A stretch of 64,000 nt of DNA from Eledone cirrhosa (Eukaryota), in NCBI GenBank assembly GCA_964016885.1, contig OZ024743.1, positions 237,770,001 to 237,834,000 on the forward strand. Direction: 5' to 3'. Within the stretch, counting starts at the first letter, position 1, and every line of letters starts with the position of its first letter. The translations under genes were made by a program, and so were the position numbers. Of this stretch, positions 38,862-52,112 are shown piece by piece. The notes under the pieces were generated by a model. That model saw only the letters and a program-made list of their open reading frames with translations. It did no database searches and had not been told where the DNA came from.

Positions 38862-40520
38862 CTAAAATTGTTGTAAAACAGAACCAACAGCTGTATCCGA
38901 TGCATCAACCACAAGCGAAAGCTTTGCGCCGGAGACCGCGTGCGATGGAAGAGACGCTTTAGCAAGCTCAATGTTTGCAGAGTTAAACACTTCCAATTGT
39001 GCCATAGTCAAAGTAATATATTCATTCCTCTTACGACGATTTCTTAATAGTTCAATAAGAGGCGACAGGAGTTCAGCACAGTGAGGAATAAAACGTCTAT
39101 AAAAATTTAACAATCCGAGGAAATGGTGTAACTGACGAAGAGAAGGAGGAGGAAGGTCCTCAATAGCCTGTACTTTTTCAGGTAGAGGTCGAATACTCAC
39201 TTTATCAATCATATGTCCGAGAGAAGATGAGCCAAAAACACATTTAGCAGAGTTAATACATAAACGGTAATCCTGAAGGCGCTGGTAAAGCAGCTTTAAA
39301 TAGTGAATATGTTCTTCAGCAGAAGAACTGGCAATCAGCAGAACGTCGATATACGCATAGACAAAGTCCAAACTACGAATGACCTCGTCTATAAATCGTT
39401 GAAAAGTGCTAGCAGCATTTCTGAGGCCAAATGGCATTGTCAAAAATTCAAAAGAGCCGAAAGGTGTTGTTATTGCTGTTTTCGGAATATCCACAGGGTT
39501 AACTGGGATCTGATGGTAAGCTCGTACACGATCGAGCTTAAAAAATATTCGTGCTTCCTTGTAACGAAGACCCTTGGGAACCATATGCAGCAAGGACTGG
39601 TGGATGGACGAATCATTCCCAGTTGGAGCATGTGATCAAACTCAGCTTTTGCCGCCTTGAGTCAGTCCGGAGGTAAAGAACGAGGGCGAGAAAATACTGG
39701 AGCTCCGTTCGTAGAGATGAAATGCTTTATAGAGTGAGCAGGATTACTCACTTGGAAATTTAAGTTAGTAGGCGCCGGAAAAGAGTTTATGATATTCATC
39801 ACCTGTAGCAGCGATGAAAAATGTCAGGCTAACCGATGGAGCACTGGAATTTTTGCCATGAATTGAAAAGTTGGTAGTATTATCCAGGAGGCGTTGCTTA
39901 CGAACGTCCACCAAAAGCGAGTAGTGGTGGAGAAAATCTGCTCCCTGGATTGGATATGGCTGGTCAGCTATAATGAATATCCATTTAAAGTCGCGACGTA
40001 AATTTAGATCCAAAGAAAGTAAGATCTGACTAAAAGTTTTGATAGGCGAATGATTCACCGCCTGCAGGGTGATCTCTGAAAGAAGAGGGGTGTCCTTGAG
40101 GAATTTCGCAGGCCAAATACTGCAAGCACCACCATAATCCACTAGGAAAAGCTTGCTGGATAGAAAGTCTTCAACGAAAAATGCACGACTAGGGAGATAT
40201 GTACTGGGGACAGCTGTCGTGCTCAGTGTCCCACGCTTGCGTTTCCCGGATTGATATAAAAACAGGGTTTAATGCATCTATGAGCTTTTTCCGCGAAACG
40301 TTCATGGTACCAGCAAATAGATGAAGAGTCAGGAGAAAAAGAACGGCGTCCCAGTGAGGAAGGATGACTGGACGATCGTCGTCGACGCTGGCGAGAACCC
40401 TCTGCCGCGCACCATCCTTTAACTTTCTTGGTTAATTCCAGGATGGCCTGTAACGCTGCTGAATTGAAGCTAGGAGTAGCTGTTGCCATTGTAGCAGGTG
40501 CTAAAGACGAGCGGTTCATA
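38862..40520 (-). mobile_element. Ty3/Gypsy LTR-retrotransposon fragment: gag end, protease, RT and RNase H start
   Basis: CWYHERFAEKAHRCIKPC; FLVDYGG, GADFL; [70 protein letters not shown]. Confidence 0.93.
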
Positions 40521-41102
40521 TTTTCAAAAAGATGCGGTCAGTATGGAATAATACGACAAAGGTGAGCTAAATCTTCAAAGTAACGGATTGATCAATACGC
40601 AAAAAAAAAAAAAAAAATACTAAGCGATTTGTTAAGTTCCCCTCTCGAATTTTTTTAAACACCTATAACGGAATACTCCTATGTTTTACCGGCGAAGATT
40701 CGAAACTGAATCTGAGCTTTCTCGCCTCTGGGACAATCTATCGTTGGAAGTTCTCACCATTGTCTTGTCAAGACAACGATGATAAATGTACATTCCATTT
40801 GACCTGTGACCCTTAACCTCTTGGGAGACGATAACCACAGGGCTGATCATAAATCAACCTCATATATCCATCCTTCTAACTTTAGCACTTATTATAAATA
40901 CAAGGAGTTAAGCAACCAAAGAGGTCAGACACGAAACGGCAGTCAACAAGATAATGATGTAGCATCAGTAGACCTTTGACTCTATCTTTCTCCTGGTCCT
41001 TACTGGCTTACCCCCTCGGCCACCGAAACAGCCTGACAACCAGCCATGCCTGCCTGACAGATTGACCACTACTACTATGAAAATAAGATATTCTAAGAAT
41101 AG

Positions 41103-41184
<82 letters not shown>
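41103..41184. repeat. (CA)n microsatellite
   Basis: Direct inspection. Confidence 0.97.
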
Positions 41185-41189
<5 letters not shown>

Positions 41190-41249
41190 TAGTAAGTTCA
41201 TATTGTTACATTATAGTCTCATCCTATTCTTCATATGTACGAAAACATA

Positions 41250-42348
41250 GGTCCCCGAGGCAATGTCCCTCGGGACCGAAGATTTAACGGCTTGGTGCCG
41301 AGTGCTCATAGGTGGCAGGACATGAAAATACGAGCGCAAACGGTTCACATAGAGTGTAGGATCGACTGGGGCAAGCATCTACCCTGACAAAGACAAAGGC
41401 GCGTCGTACAAATGTTCGGCTAGGGAGAATCCAAGGTCCTCCTTAACTGAAGTGCGGATGCCGAGTAGTACTATGGGGAGGTACTCGCCTTAACGTAGAG
41501 TATCCAAATAGGCACGTAATGCGGCCTTCAACTGGCGATGAAAACGCTCCAGCATTCCATTAGATGCAGGATGGTAACTGGTTGTCCGGATACGTTGAGC
41601 ACCGATGATATTTGTTAGCTCCGAGCAAAGGTGAGATTCGAACTGCCTACCACGGTCTGTAGTAATAGTAGTAAGAACACCGTAGCGCGATATCCATCCT
41701 GATTCCGGGGCTCGCGCTACAGATTCAGCAGTAATGTCACTAAGAGGGATGGCTTCATGCCATCGGGTGAAACGATCAATGCAGGTCAGGATGTACGAAT
41801 ATCCACGACTGACTGGCCAAGGTCCCACGAGATCAATATGTATGTGGCGAAAACGTGCATCAGGTGTACTGAAGGTACCGAATGGGGCGCGGATGTATTT
41901 ATGCACCTTCGACTGCTGGCACAAGAGACAAGAATGAGACCATACAGTAATATCGCGTCTTATATTAGGCCAGAAGAATCTAGCCGTTATGGGTTTTACT
42001 GAGGCCGAGGCTCCAGGGCGTGAAAGGTTATGCAGAGCCTCGAATACGATTCTTCGATGAGTCTCAAGAACGAAAGGACGAGGTGAATCAGTAGACACGT
42101 TACAAGTCGCAACTTCTGAAGAGGACAAATCCAGTGAGTCCAAAGATGGCTGATCTGTAGATAAGAGATTTAGGTCAATCTCCTGAGTTGGTGATATAGC
42201 ACTAATAGGCAGTCTGGATAATGCATCTGCCGCGGTGTTTTTCGTGCCAGAAATATGTTGAATATCACTGGTAAACTGCGAAACCAAATCGCGATGTCTC
42301 GTTTCCCTTGGCGAATATCTATCAGGTTTTGATTTCAAAGCAAAGGTA
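41250..42348 (-). mobile_element. Ty3/Gypsy fragment: RNase H end and integrase
   Basis: [15 protein letters not shown]; HNLSRPG...CLLCQ; [44 protein letters not shown]. Confidence 0.93.
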
Positions 42349-43035
42349 AGTTACGTGATAAATGTAGATAGGAATTTGTAAATATACTTTAGTTGTTTAA
42401 GTAACGCCCGAATGAGTATCTGCCGCCACCAACTAACTTGCCTTCCGCCTTTGGGTCTCGATCGACAGGATGGCGGAGGACGGCGAGAAAAACGCACTGA
42501 AACAGCCACTCCACCTCACAGGGCTCGCACCTGCGGACGGCCAACTCTGCCCCGACAGTGTATATCTTGTTAGCGATTTTGGTATGAATCTTCTTGTTTT
42601 ACGAGTTAGAACTATTTATTTCAAAATGATTATATATTTTAAAAACCTTTCATCATCATTTAATATCAGAACATGTGTTAAGGTGTGCTCCAAACATCAG
42701 ATAAGTAAGGAGAATGTTAATTATATCATTAAATTCCTCTACATTTTTGATTATTTAAAAAAGGATTTGAAAATTACAGGCAGTGTCTTTCATAAGAAAT
42801 ATGGTAACGAAGAGGTTAATGTGTTTATATTTATTTAAAATCCTTCCATGATAATTAGAAATCATAGGCATTGTATGATAGAAAAAGGGTTAAATGGAAA
42901 CATATTTCTGGTTTAAATGAGAACACATATTACAAACACAGATATTCGCACATACTGCTACGTCTCTGTCTAACCACACGCACTAAAAGTCAGTGTATAT
43001 ATTTGTCTAAAAACCTTCTACCATTATTTTTCTGT

Positions 43036-43225
43036 CGGAGTATTGGCAGTATCTGTAGAGAGTCGGACACCATGCTTTGAAGCATAGAGTTACGTCCCTT
43101 TATTATCTGAGTTCAAATCCCGCCGAGGTTAAGTTTGCCTTTCATCCTTACGGGGTCGATAAAATAAAGTACCAGTAATGTACTGGGTAATTGTTGGCCT
43201 TGTGCCTAAAATAGAAACAATTATT
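43036..43225 (+). mobile_element. tRNA-derived SINE, full length
   Basis: Same A/B boxes and body as 6244-6445. A partial head copy lies at ~43643-43722. Confidence 0.9.
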
Positions 43226-43899
43226 TTTCTGAGAATTGTGTTAATTCGTCACACATACTACTAATAATTATTTTTTCCAGCCTGTGGCGTTCGAGACATT
43301 TAGTGGAGTTGGACCGCTGACAGCGATGTTCTTGTCATCGCTGGCGGCTCGCGTTGCTGGGGTGTCAGGTGATGCCCGTGAGGGTGCCTGGTTATTTCAG
43401 CCTCTTAGTCTTTTAATGAACCACTTGACTTAGGAAGCGTTGGGGAAATTTGAAATTTGAAAAGTGTGCATCCCAACGCAAATGCCTATAATAATAGTTG
43501 AGAAAATCAAGTTCAGTACCTCTGGAGACAGAAAATGTGGACAGAGGTGTTTCTATCCACTCTTTTCCATCTTCTACAATATTTTACCTGATTTTCTCAA
43601 GCACTATTTATAGTGGTCAACTGTTATTATTATAGTCAAGGTCGGGAGATTGGCAGTGTCGGTAGAGCACTGGACAACATGCTGTATGGCCCTTTATGAA
43701 CTGAGTTCAAATCCTGCCGAGGAAATATGGTATGCGGCTAGTGTTTGTAAAGGCCATACGAAAGACTATTAGGAAATGTTTTATAGAAAACATATTGTGT
43801 GGGAGAGTACAAAAAAGAAGATAAATAAATAAATAAACCTGTGTGCACACTCACACAGAGGCATATATCCACAACAAATAGATGACCAAGCAGAGGCAC

Positions 43900-46085
43900 C
43901 GTTTACAGCTACAGGCACATTTTCACCAAACCCCACCAGCTCCGAACGCCCCAGACCCCTTCCTCACGCTGGGCCGACGACCATCGTCTTGGACGCCGGC
44001 ACCCGAGCAATTTAGCACCCTGAACACGTTCGTCGACGCCAGCCGTAGCGCAGTAAATAGCTTCGACTTCCGCCGTCGTTCCAAACGGCATAACATCACA
44101 CGGAGCGAACTCCTCGCTCTCCGCTCCCTCCGTAGCCGAGATGACATCATCATCAAACCGGCGGACAAGGGAGACGCCGTGGTGGTGTGGCGCGCTGACC
44201 TCTAAACGGCTGAAGCCCTCAGGCAGCCCCGTCATACCCTCTTCTACAGCCCTCTACCCTCCCACCCCACACCCCTCTACCAACAACAAGTTTCCTCCAC
44301 CATCCAACACCTCGTCTCCTCCTCCCTCCTCCTCCCACCACTTCCCACCTCATCGTCCACACCCCCGCACCCCCTCTATCTACTTCCTCCCCAAACTTCC
44401 CAAACCCGACAACCCAGGCCGCCCCATCATCTCCGCTTGCAACTGCTCCACAGAACCCATCTCCGCCTTTCTTGACTCCATCGTCCCCCCCCCCCCCCTC
44501 GTCACCATTCTCCCCTCCCAAATCTCCGTCACCAGCCACGCCCTTCGCCTGTTCGAATCCCTCACTTTCCCACCCGACCCATACACCTTCCTCTTCACCC
44601 TAGATATGAAGTCCTTCTACACCGTTATCCCCCACGCCGACGGCCTACGTTCCCTCCGGCACTACATCGACCTTCGCCCTCTCCTATCCCCTCCACCCTC
44701 ACCCTCCTTCGCCTCGCCGAGCTGATCCTCACCCTCAACTGCTTCTCTTTCTCGGCTGAGTTTTACAAACAGGTCACTGGGGTATCCATAGGCAAAAGAA
44801 TTGGCGCAAACTATGCCAACCTTTTCGTTTTCCATGTTGAGGCCCAAATCTTTGCCCAGTACACCGGCCCCATGCCCGAACTGTACGGTCGTTACATCTA
44901 CGACTCTATCGCAGCCACGACCCTCACCCGAAAACAGCTCGACTCCTTTCTCTCCTTCTTCTGCTCCTTCCACCCCTCCCTCCACTTCACCACCTCTATC
45001 TCCACTACCCAGATCCACTTCTTGGACATCTCCGTCGTCATCGACTCCTCCCACCGCCCTCTCGTTACCTCCACCTTCTTCAAACCTACCGACTCCCACT
45101 CATACCTCGACTTCACCTCCTCCCAGCCTTCACACACAAAGCACTCCACTCCTTACTCCCAACTCCTCTGGATCTGCCGCCTCTGCAGCCGAAATGCTGA
45201 TTTCGAGTCCCAGGCCCTTTCTCTAGTCAGCCATTTCATCCGGAGAGGTTACCCCCTCCCTCGTCCACACCACCCTCACTCGTGCCCGTGCTGTCCACCG
45301 CTCCACCGCCCTCACCCCACGCCCTCGAACCCCCACCCACCGTCTCCCCTTCCCCATCATCTACCACCCCTATACCCTACCCCTCCACCGCACCGTCCTC
45401 CACCTCTTCCGACGCCTCCAGTCCCACCTCTCCACCTCCCCCATCTTCACATCCCCACCCCACTCCTTCAAACGCACGCGTTTTCTCCGCTCCCTCCTCG
45501 TCCGCAGCTCCCTACCCCCAACCCACGTTATCCCCCCTCCCAGGTTACCTTCCCTGCTCCAAGCCACACCTGCCCCCACATCGTCAACACCACCACGTTC
45601 CAATGTCCCAACGGCCACTCTCTCTCTGTCCGGCACGCCTTCGGCTGCACCACCTCCAACCTCGTCCATGGACTTCGCTGCACGGAGACAGCGCAACCTA
45701 CGTCGGACAGACTGGACGTCGCCTAGCAGATCGGTTCACGGAACACCTCTGTGATATTCGTCTCGGCGGGAGTTCCCCATCGCCCCCCACTTTGGCTCCC
45801 CTGGACATTCCGCCCACCACCTCACAGTCTGTGGTCAGATCCAAAGCCATGGGACACCCGCCACCCGCCTTACGGTCGAGCAACACACCATCTTCACCAG
45901 ACCCCCACACACCCCGGCCTGAACTCCCCACTCCAATTCCTTTAGCATTCGACCGCACACATCTCCCCCACACATACATCCCCACTAACACCACTAACAC
46001 ACTCCTCAGTTTCACCGCCCCTGCCCCCTTGGCCTACCCACAACTAATAATACTAATACCCCCTACCCCGGCCCTCCTCCCAACT
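43900..46085 (+). mobile_element. C-rich Neptune-like PLE (RT + GIY-YIG), decayed
   Basis: IIIKPADKGDAVVVW, IYFLPKL.KPDNPGRPIIS, FTLDMKSFYTVIPH, YGRYIYD, IHFLDISV, FKPTDSHSYL, FGCTTSNLV, YVGQTGRRLADRFTEHL. Confidence 0.92.
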
Positions 46086-47100
46086 GATGGTGTGTATTCT
46101 ATATGTTAAAATCTAGGTGGTTCAGTACTAATTTTGGGGTTGCTGGTTCAATTCATGGTGGTTTAAAGTTTGAGAATCTAGTAGCTATTTTATGTCTACA
46201 GAAAATAGATCTTTCTATTATGCTGTTAAGCAGCACCCCATTGTACCTTAAAATATGTAGCAGTTCTAAATTACAAAGCCCGCAGTGGGACATACCGTTG
46301 CTGTAGGTTTTTGCTACCGATAATTTTGACCAGTACTGAACCACCTAGATTTTAACATATAGAAGACACACCATCGCACTGCTATTAGCTATCAAACGGC
46401 CAACTGGTCACTGGATCATAAATCTCTGAACATTTCTTTCACCCTCTCTCCCTGAAACATCAACCCCATTAAGATAAAACAATCAGCAAAACATTTACAA
46501 CAAGCGTTTATCAAATGTCCCGTCATCCATAGCCCATAAATATCATACATACATCCAGCAATTAATCTTTAATTTATTGTCTCTTTTATCGGACCCTCTA
46601 CACGTATCTATGTACATTTCGAATCTAGCTTCCCACCAATGAATCCTTATAAGAACACTTACTCAAAATCTACTACTATGTACTTACACGCTCTCACCTT
46701 TTTATTTATCCCTCTATATTTTCGATTCCCGCATTTTCTTACTTTTTTATGTACCCTATCTTATATTCTACTTTTACTTTTTACATTTGTAACTTCTCTA
46801 CCTATTTACCATACATGTATTATTATTGATGTTATTATTTAGATTATACGCTATTTTATTATTGATGTTATTGTTTTAATTATACACTATTTCTCTATAT
46901 AAGTCTTGTCTCGAGTGAATTATTTTCATATATACATGCTCTGATGTGTTGACCATAGGTGAATAATGTATTGGAGATCGAATAACGCATCTCAAGCGAT
47001 TAGCGAACTCACGACCCACATGATCAACGAAACAATTGTCAGTACTTTAAATAAAGCCCTTATTGTACAGCCAACCATGTTAATCTTATTCTTTAACTAT
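46086..47100. mobile_element. Naiad-like PLE remnant: minus-strand GIY-YIG tail (46153-46331) flanked by 44-bp inverted repeats; the plus-strand arm extends into an HHR-bearing pLTR-like region
   Basis: W..LSVAKTYS...CGLCNLE...LLN...E...CRHK. Inverted repeat 46086-46129 / 46332-46375 with 1 mismatch. Confidence 0.72.
46937..47044 (+). ncRNA. Type I hammerhead ribozyme with extended stem II and A9U core variant
   Basis: ugcu CUGAUGU guugaccau...(~63 nt)...augaucaac GAAA caauug UC agua. Stem III is the palindrome ACAAUUGU; AATAAA follows. Confidence 0.75.
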
Positions 47101-47114
47101 ATATATATGTATAT

Positions 47115-49757
47115 TTATTAAAATAACAGATTAAAGTTTAAGCAAAGAATCGCTGCTATCACGCTAAACGGGATCTTCTGAAACTAACAAAGTCAATCTG
47201 TGAACGCAGAAGTGAATATTTAAAAAAACGTTGCAAACGGAGGAAGACAGGAAGACGATACTTTGGTTCGTGGAAACGTTCCCTGGCAAAGAACGGGAAA
47301 AAAACGAATATAATACGTTATTATTTGGAGCGGTGAAAAACAATTACACGCGAAGACAAAACCACGTTTATGGTATGAAAGAAGTCGTAGACTAATATTT
47401 TATTAGGTGGTTCATAGAGACGTTCTCTGGCAATGAACTGAAAAAATGAAGATAATACGTCATATGTGGAGCGTGGAGAACAATTGCACGCAAAGACAAA
47501 ACCACGTAAATGGTATAACTGATGTCGTAGACTAAAATTCTAACTAAGAAACCGAATAATTCTCGGCTTCAGAGTGAAGGATAAAGTAAATAAAATACAA
47601 TACAGAGGTAATTGAAATTAAATAAATACATACACGAATCCATATACGTACATACACAAGCATACGCGAAAACACTCGCCATAGGTATACAAATACACGC
47701 ACATAAAAATATGTGTGTGTGTGTGTGCGTGTATACAAATAATTAAATGAACGTATATAAATAAATAAGTACGTATATAACAAGCGCACACACATACCTA
47801 CATGTAAATACACATATGTTCGGAGACGTACGTCAACCAAATCACGAAGTACACATATACACACACACTACCTACGTACGAACCCGCATACTGACATAGA
47901 CGTAAAACTCACGTATACACATAACCAAAAACATATGTACAAGAATATATAAAATATACGCCATAACATATACAATCAAATATACGTACGAGAAAGTATA
48001 CGTACCTTCACAAAACATACAGGTAATATATACTTACCTACACAACTAAGTAATGGTATAAACATAACATATACTTAGCTTCCACACCAAGACGTAAAAT
48101 ATCCGCGTATAGATCGTACTATCCGTTAGGGTATATGTGGGGCTGTAATACAGGAAATGTTTGTGCAATTTATGTTTACAAGCCGAAATTGCCTCAGATT
48201 TTTTGTTTAAGATGTGGACTGTGGCGTAGAGTATTTCCAGGGCCTCAGCGGCGCAGAGGTCACACGGTCTTTTATTTCCGTTATACGATCTAGCCCTAGC
48301 TAGGATCTCCCTGTGTAACTTATATTGGGTGTGGTTGTCTTTTAGACTCCAGATATAAGCTGACAGTGATGTCACATTCCTTCTTCGAAGGTAACGAAAA
48401 GAATGGGTATGCACGTAAAGACGCTGCTTGAATCTATTGCCGGTTAACCCTATGTAGGTCCTACGGGACGTGAGTGTTTCAACCTTACATTTGTAGACAA
48501 CGTTACTAGAGAGGCATTTCCCGGATAGAAGGCAGTCAACCCGATTCCTACAATTAGAGTCAGTACTAAATAGAGGGTTGCACGTGTTCCTACGGCTAGG
48601 TAGTTTAGCTAAATTAGAAGCTGGATGTTATGTGCAAGGTTAGGAGTCGTAGAGTAAAAAATGTTAATAGTATTTCTATTAAAAATTTTACTATATTTAT
48701 GTGTAGGGGGAAAATGCTTCGTAATAAGGGATAGAAAGATCTTAGCTAATGGTGTGGCCACCTCCATATTATATTGTGGGTTATACCATATAATGCGTCG
48801 GGATCTATTTCTTCTAGGTCTATTCTCGTACTCTATGTATGTTACCTTATCGACAAATCCACTCCGAGCAAGAGCTTCATTGTAATATGTGGAATGGTTG
48901 TTGAAAATATGCTCGTTAGTAGATAGACGGAAAAGCCTCAACGAAACGTTTCTTACCAGGTTCTTGGTTATCCTGGTAGGATGGTTAGAATGCTTACTTA
49001 TGTAATTAAGCGTATCATTCGGCTTTCTATACGGATAATACAAGCCATTCGATAAATTGAGGGTAACGTCGAGGTAATTAACGACCGAGAGGTTGGCCTC
49101 AACCTGTATAGAGAGGTTGAAACCTTTAAAGAAGGCTGAGTTCTTTTCGGAACCTGTCGCAAGCACGTGGGCCGCACTTATTCATGGTCAAAAGACCCTT
49201 ATCACGGTACAAACCACCGCCCACGTTGGGGAATTCGTCCTTGATAGAGCAAAGAAGGAAAAGGCCGATAAGATCAGTAACCTCCGCAGAATCGCTGGCG
49301 CCCATACTCACGTCGAATGGGGTACTATTAGATTTTTTAATCCAAATAGAGTCGTCGAAATTAATCACCGACTTACGGGCATTGAGGATGACATCAACTT
49401 CGAAATCCTTAACCACTGTGAGTGTTTTAGCGAAATTGATAGCTCTAAGGAGAAGTGGTAAAGTGATGGAGGAGCAGTAATTATTGATGTCGAATTGGAT
49501 AAAATGGCAATGTTCCTTGTTGCATATGCCGTTGAACCAATCAATCACCGCGAAAGAATTGTTCCACAGTGCAAGAGGGGCCAAACTTCTAATTTCAGGT
49601 ATAATTCTATCAAGAATCCTTTTACTAAGTCTACCTAAATCGGACTTCGTAGGGTTAATAAGCCGAATAGAGGGGTTGTCTCGGAAAATTGGATTTGTGA
49701 TCCTTCAGGGTAAAGTGGGGAGAAATAGGGTCCAGAGGTTCGGTCCGGTCCAGGATG
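47115..49757 (-). mobile_element. Naiad-clade PLE, 5'-truncated (RT + GIY-YIG + long 3' UTR)
   Basis: FIQFDINNY, FDVSMGASDSAEVTDLIGLFLL, GLYRDKGL, VNYLDVTLNL, PYRKPN..YI..SNHP, IIWYNP; SNCRNRVDCLLSGKCL..NVVYKC..YIGLTG..FKQR; TSLSAYIWSLK, CDLC. Confidence 0.9.
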
Positions 49758-49890
49758 TTGATGTTATTGTTTTAATTATACACTATTTCTCTATATAAGT
49801 CTTGCCTCGAGTGAATTATTTTCATATATACATGCTCTGATGTGTTGACCATAGGTGAATAATGTATTGGAGATCGAATAACGCATCTCA

Positions 49891-50400
49891 ATTTAAATTT
49901 CAAAATCCAAACCTGTTCCGTAGATAAGTTTAAACTTCAAAATCCAAATAAGTTTCGATAAATGAAAAAGTGAAAAAATACCATAATCAGATCTCATCAG
50001 CAAGTACCCTGAAAAATTGGTATGTTTCACTTCAAAATATTTAAGAAGACTGATCAACGCACATGGTTTCTCAGTGTCTAGCCACCGCATACTCGTGCTG
50101 GTAGAAATAACAGCCGTTTTTATGGGGCTAAAATTAGCTCGACAGAAGGAGCCGTGACACTTTTTCATTTATCGAAACTTATTTGGATTTTGAAGTTTAA
50201 ACATATCTACGGAACAGGTTTGGATTTTGAAATTTAAATTTGTCCAAGTACCTCGGCCATTTGCCAGTATGGTTTGTTTTTATTGATTTATTATTTTAAA
50301 TCGAGACAGGCAAACTGTATTATTATAATTAGTATTTTTCAATCTAGCTAACTTAGTCATTTACAATACAAACACTTATATGTTGGTATTTGTGTTTATC
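49891..50400. mobile_element. Non-coding element with an 82-bp inverted duplication; diverged relative of 53279-54011
   Basis: 49891-49972 is the reverse complement of 50158-50239 (1 mismatch). The body aligns by eye to 53540-53915. Confidence 0.75.
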
Positions 50401-50425
50401 ATATATATTAATTTATATTAACTTG

Positions 50426-50466
<41 letters not shown>

Positions 50467-50690
50467 GTATATATATATATATACATATATATGTATATAT
50501 ATATATAAATATATATGTATATATATATATATAAATATATACATATATATACATGTAGATATATACATATATATATAAACACACATATATATATATATAT
50601 ATACATATACACATATATATATACACATATATACATATATATATATACACACACATATATATATATATAAATATATATATACATATACGA
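50400..50690. repeat. Degenerate (TA)n microsatellite
   Basis: Direct inspection. Confidence 0.95.
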
Positions 50691-50875
50691 TATTAAACAA
50701 ATGGAAACTATATTTATAAAACCATATTTATTTCGTTATATATATTTCTGGGATATCATATTAAAAATATGGTATGCCTTCCTCGTAAACCTACTCCCAA
50801 AACTGTTGAGTGCTTTTATATCAGTTATAAAATATTTACTCGTTGTAACCCAACAATTTTAAATAAATCTTTTGC

Positions 50876-50930
<55 letters not shown>

Positions 50931-50931
<1 letters not shown>

Positions 50932-51461
50932 TAGCATTAAAGCCCGGAGTTGCTCAGGGTCAGTAAGTTACCAAATTTAAGTTGCACTACCCATTTTATG
51001 GCAGCACTTTTTTGTGTGCCAGGCACTGGGTGAATGAATTACAGACCTGGACTCCCGAAGCAGGAGCTGCACCAGCAGAGACAATTGTAGTTTCGTCTAC
51101 GGATATTATCTTTGTGCAAAGAAGTGTTGAAATTTATTGTTTCACAGTACTTGCGCAACACGCGCGTAGACGATGCCAGCCGAACAACAGAGCTGCAATG
51201 GAGTTGTTCTGCATGGTTGTCTAATGTGTGTTTTCTAAATTTAAGACAGTAGGGAGGGGTGTAATATGGGGGAGAGTTAGCTGGTGTTTATAGCAGGTTT
51301 AATGACCTCATAGAGGATATTGTGTATAGTAAATCATCTGATACTTCTTTCTTCCAAGTTCGTTGAGAGATGTTTTAAAAAAAGATTTATCGCTATTTTT
51401 TTGTGGTTGAATAAATTTATCTGCTGCTTTTGAATATTTGTTGTTTCGACCCAAAAACAAA

Positions 51462-51560
<99 letters not shown>

Positions 51561-51561
51561 A

Positions 51562-51606
<45 letters not shown>

Positions 51607-51961
51607 CCTCTCACTCTCTTCTCTCTCTTCTTTCTTCGACATTCCTAAAGGAAGTTTGGAAGTTTAAGCATATATAAGATAAAGTTGCAGCATGTAAGTA
51701 GTTTTATCGAATTTTAAGGGGAGTAGAGAGAGGTACTCAGATTGTATTAGAGGGGTAAAGCGTCATGTATTTAGTTTTATCGATTATTTCCGTAATTGTG
51801 GGTGAGTTTGAAATAAATAAATAGTCGTTGAACTAAATTAGAGCATTTACAACACTCTTACAGACGTTGAGTCGAATCGGTTTGAAATTGTGCAAAAATA
51901 TAAACATGGAACATGCACACCCCCACACACACAACAACAATCTGCCTTTTATAGATAAGGA
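50931..51961 (-). mobile_element. Non-autonomous Helitron (~1.03 kb) inserted in a TA repeat; carries a (CT)n tract at 51466-51630
   Basis: Minus strand A|TCCTTATCTATAAAAGGC... at the 5' end; hairpin accctgag-caa-ctccgggc then tttaatgCTAG|T at the 3' end. Confidence 0.8.
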
Positions 51962-52112
51962 TTGATATATATATATATATATATAATGTAGGAGGTGAGT
52001 TTTATTGTAGTACAATAAAGCAATGCAGATATCGGATAAGAAGCACTCTACAGTTTGTAGGACTGGAGTATGGATAATATAAGATCAAAAGATGGTTAAA
52101 GGAGTTCCATGT

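Noticed and set aside
43315-43350. GC-rich hairpin (also 63316-63360) as a structured ncRNA or HDV-like ribozyme
   Set aside because: Could not build the nested double pseudoknot by eye; single hairpins are insufficient.
46086-46375. MITE with 44-bp TIRs
   Set aside because: No TSD, and the interior encodes a Naiad GIY-YIG tail; better explained as a PLE inversion.
48046-48610. Selenocysteine-encoding Naiad
   Set aside because: No in-frame TGA at the conserved Cys positions that I translated; no convincing SECIS.
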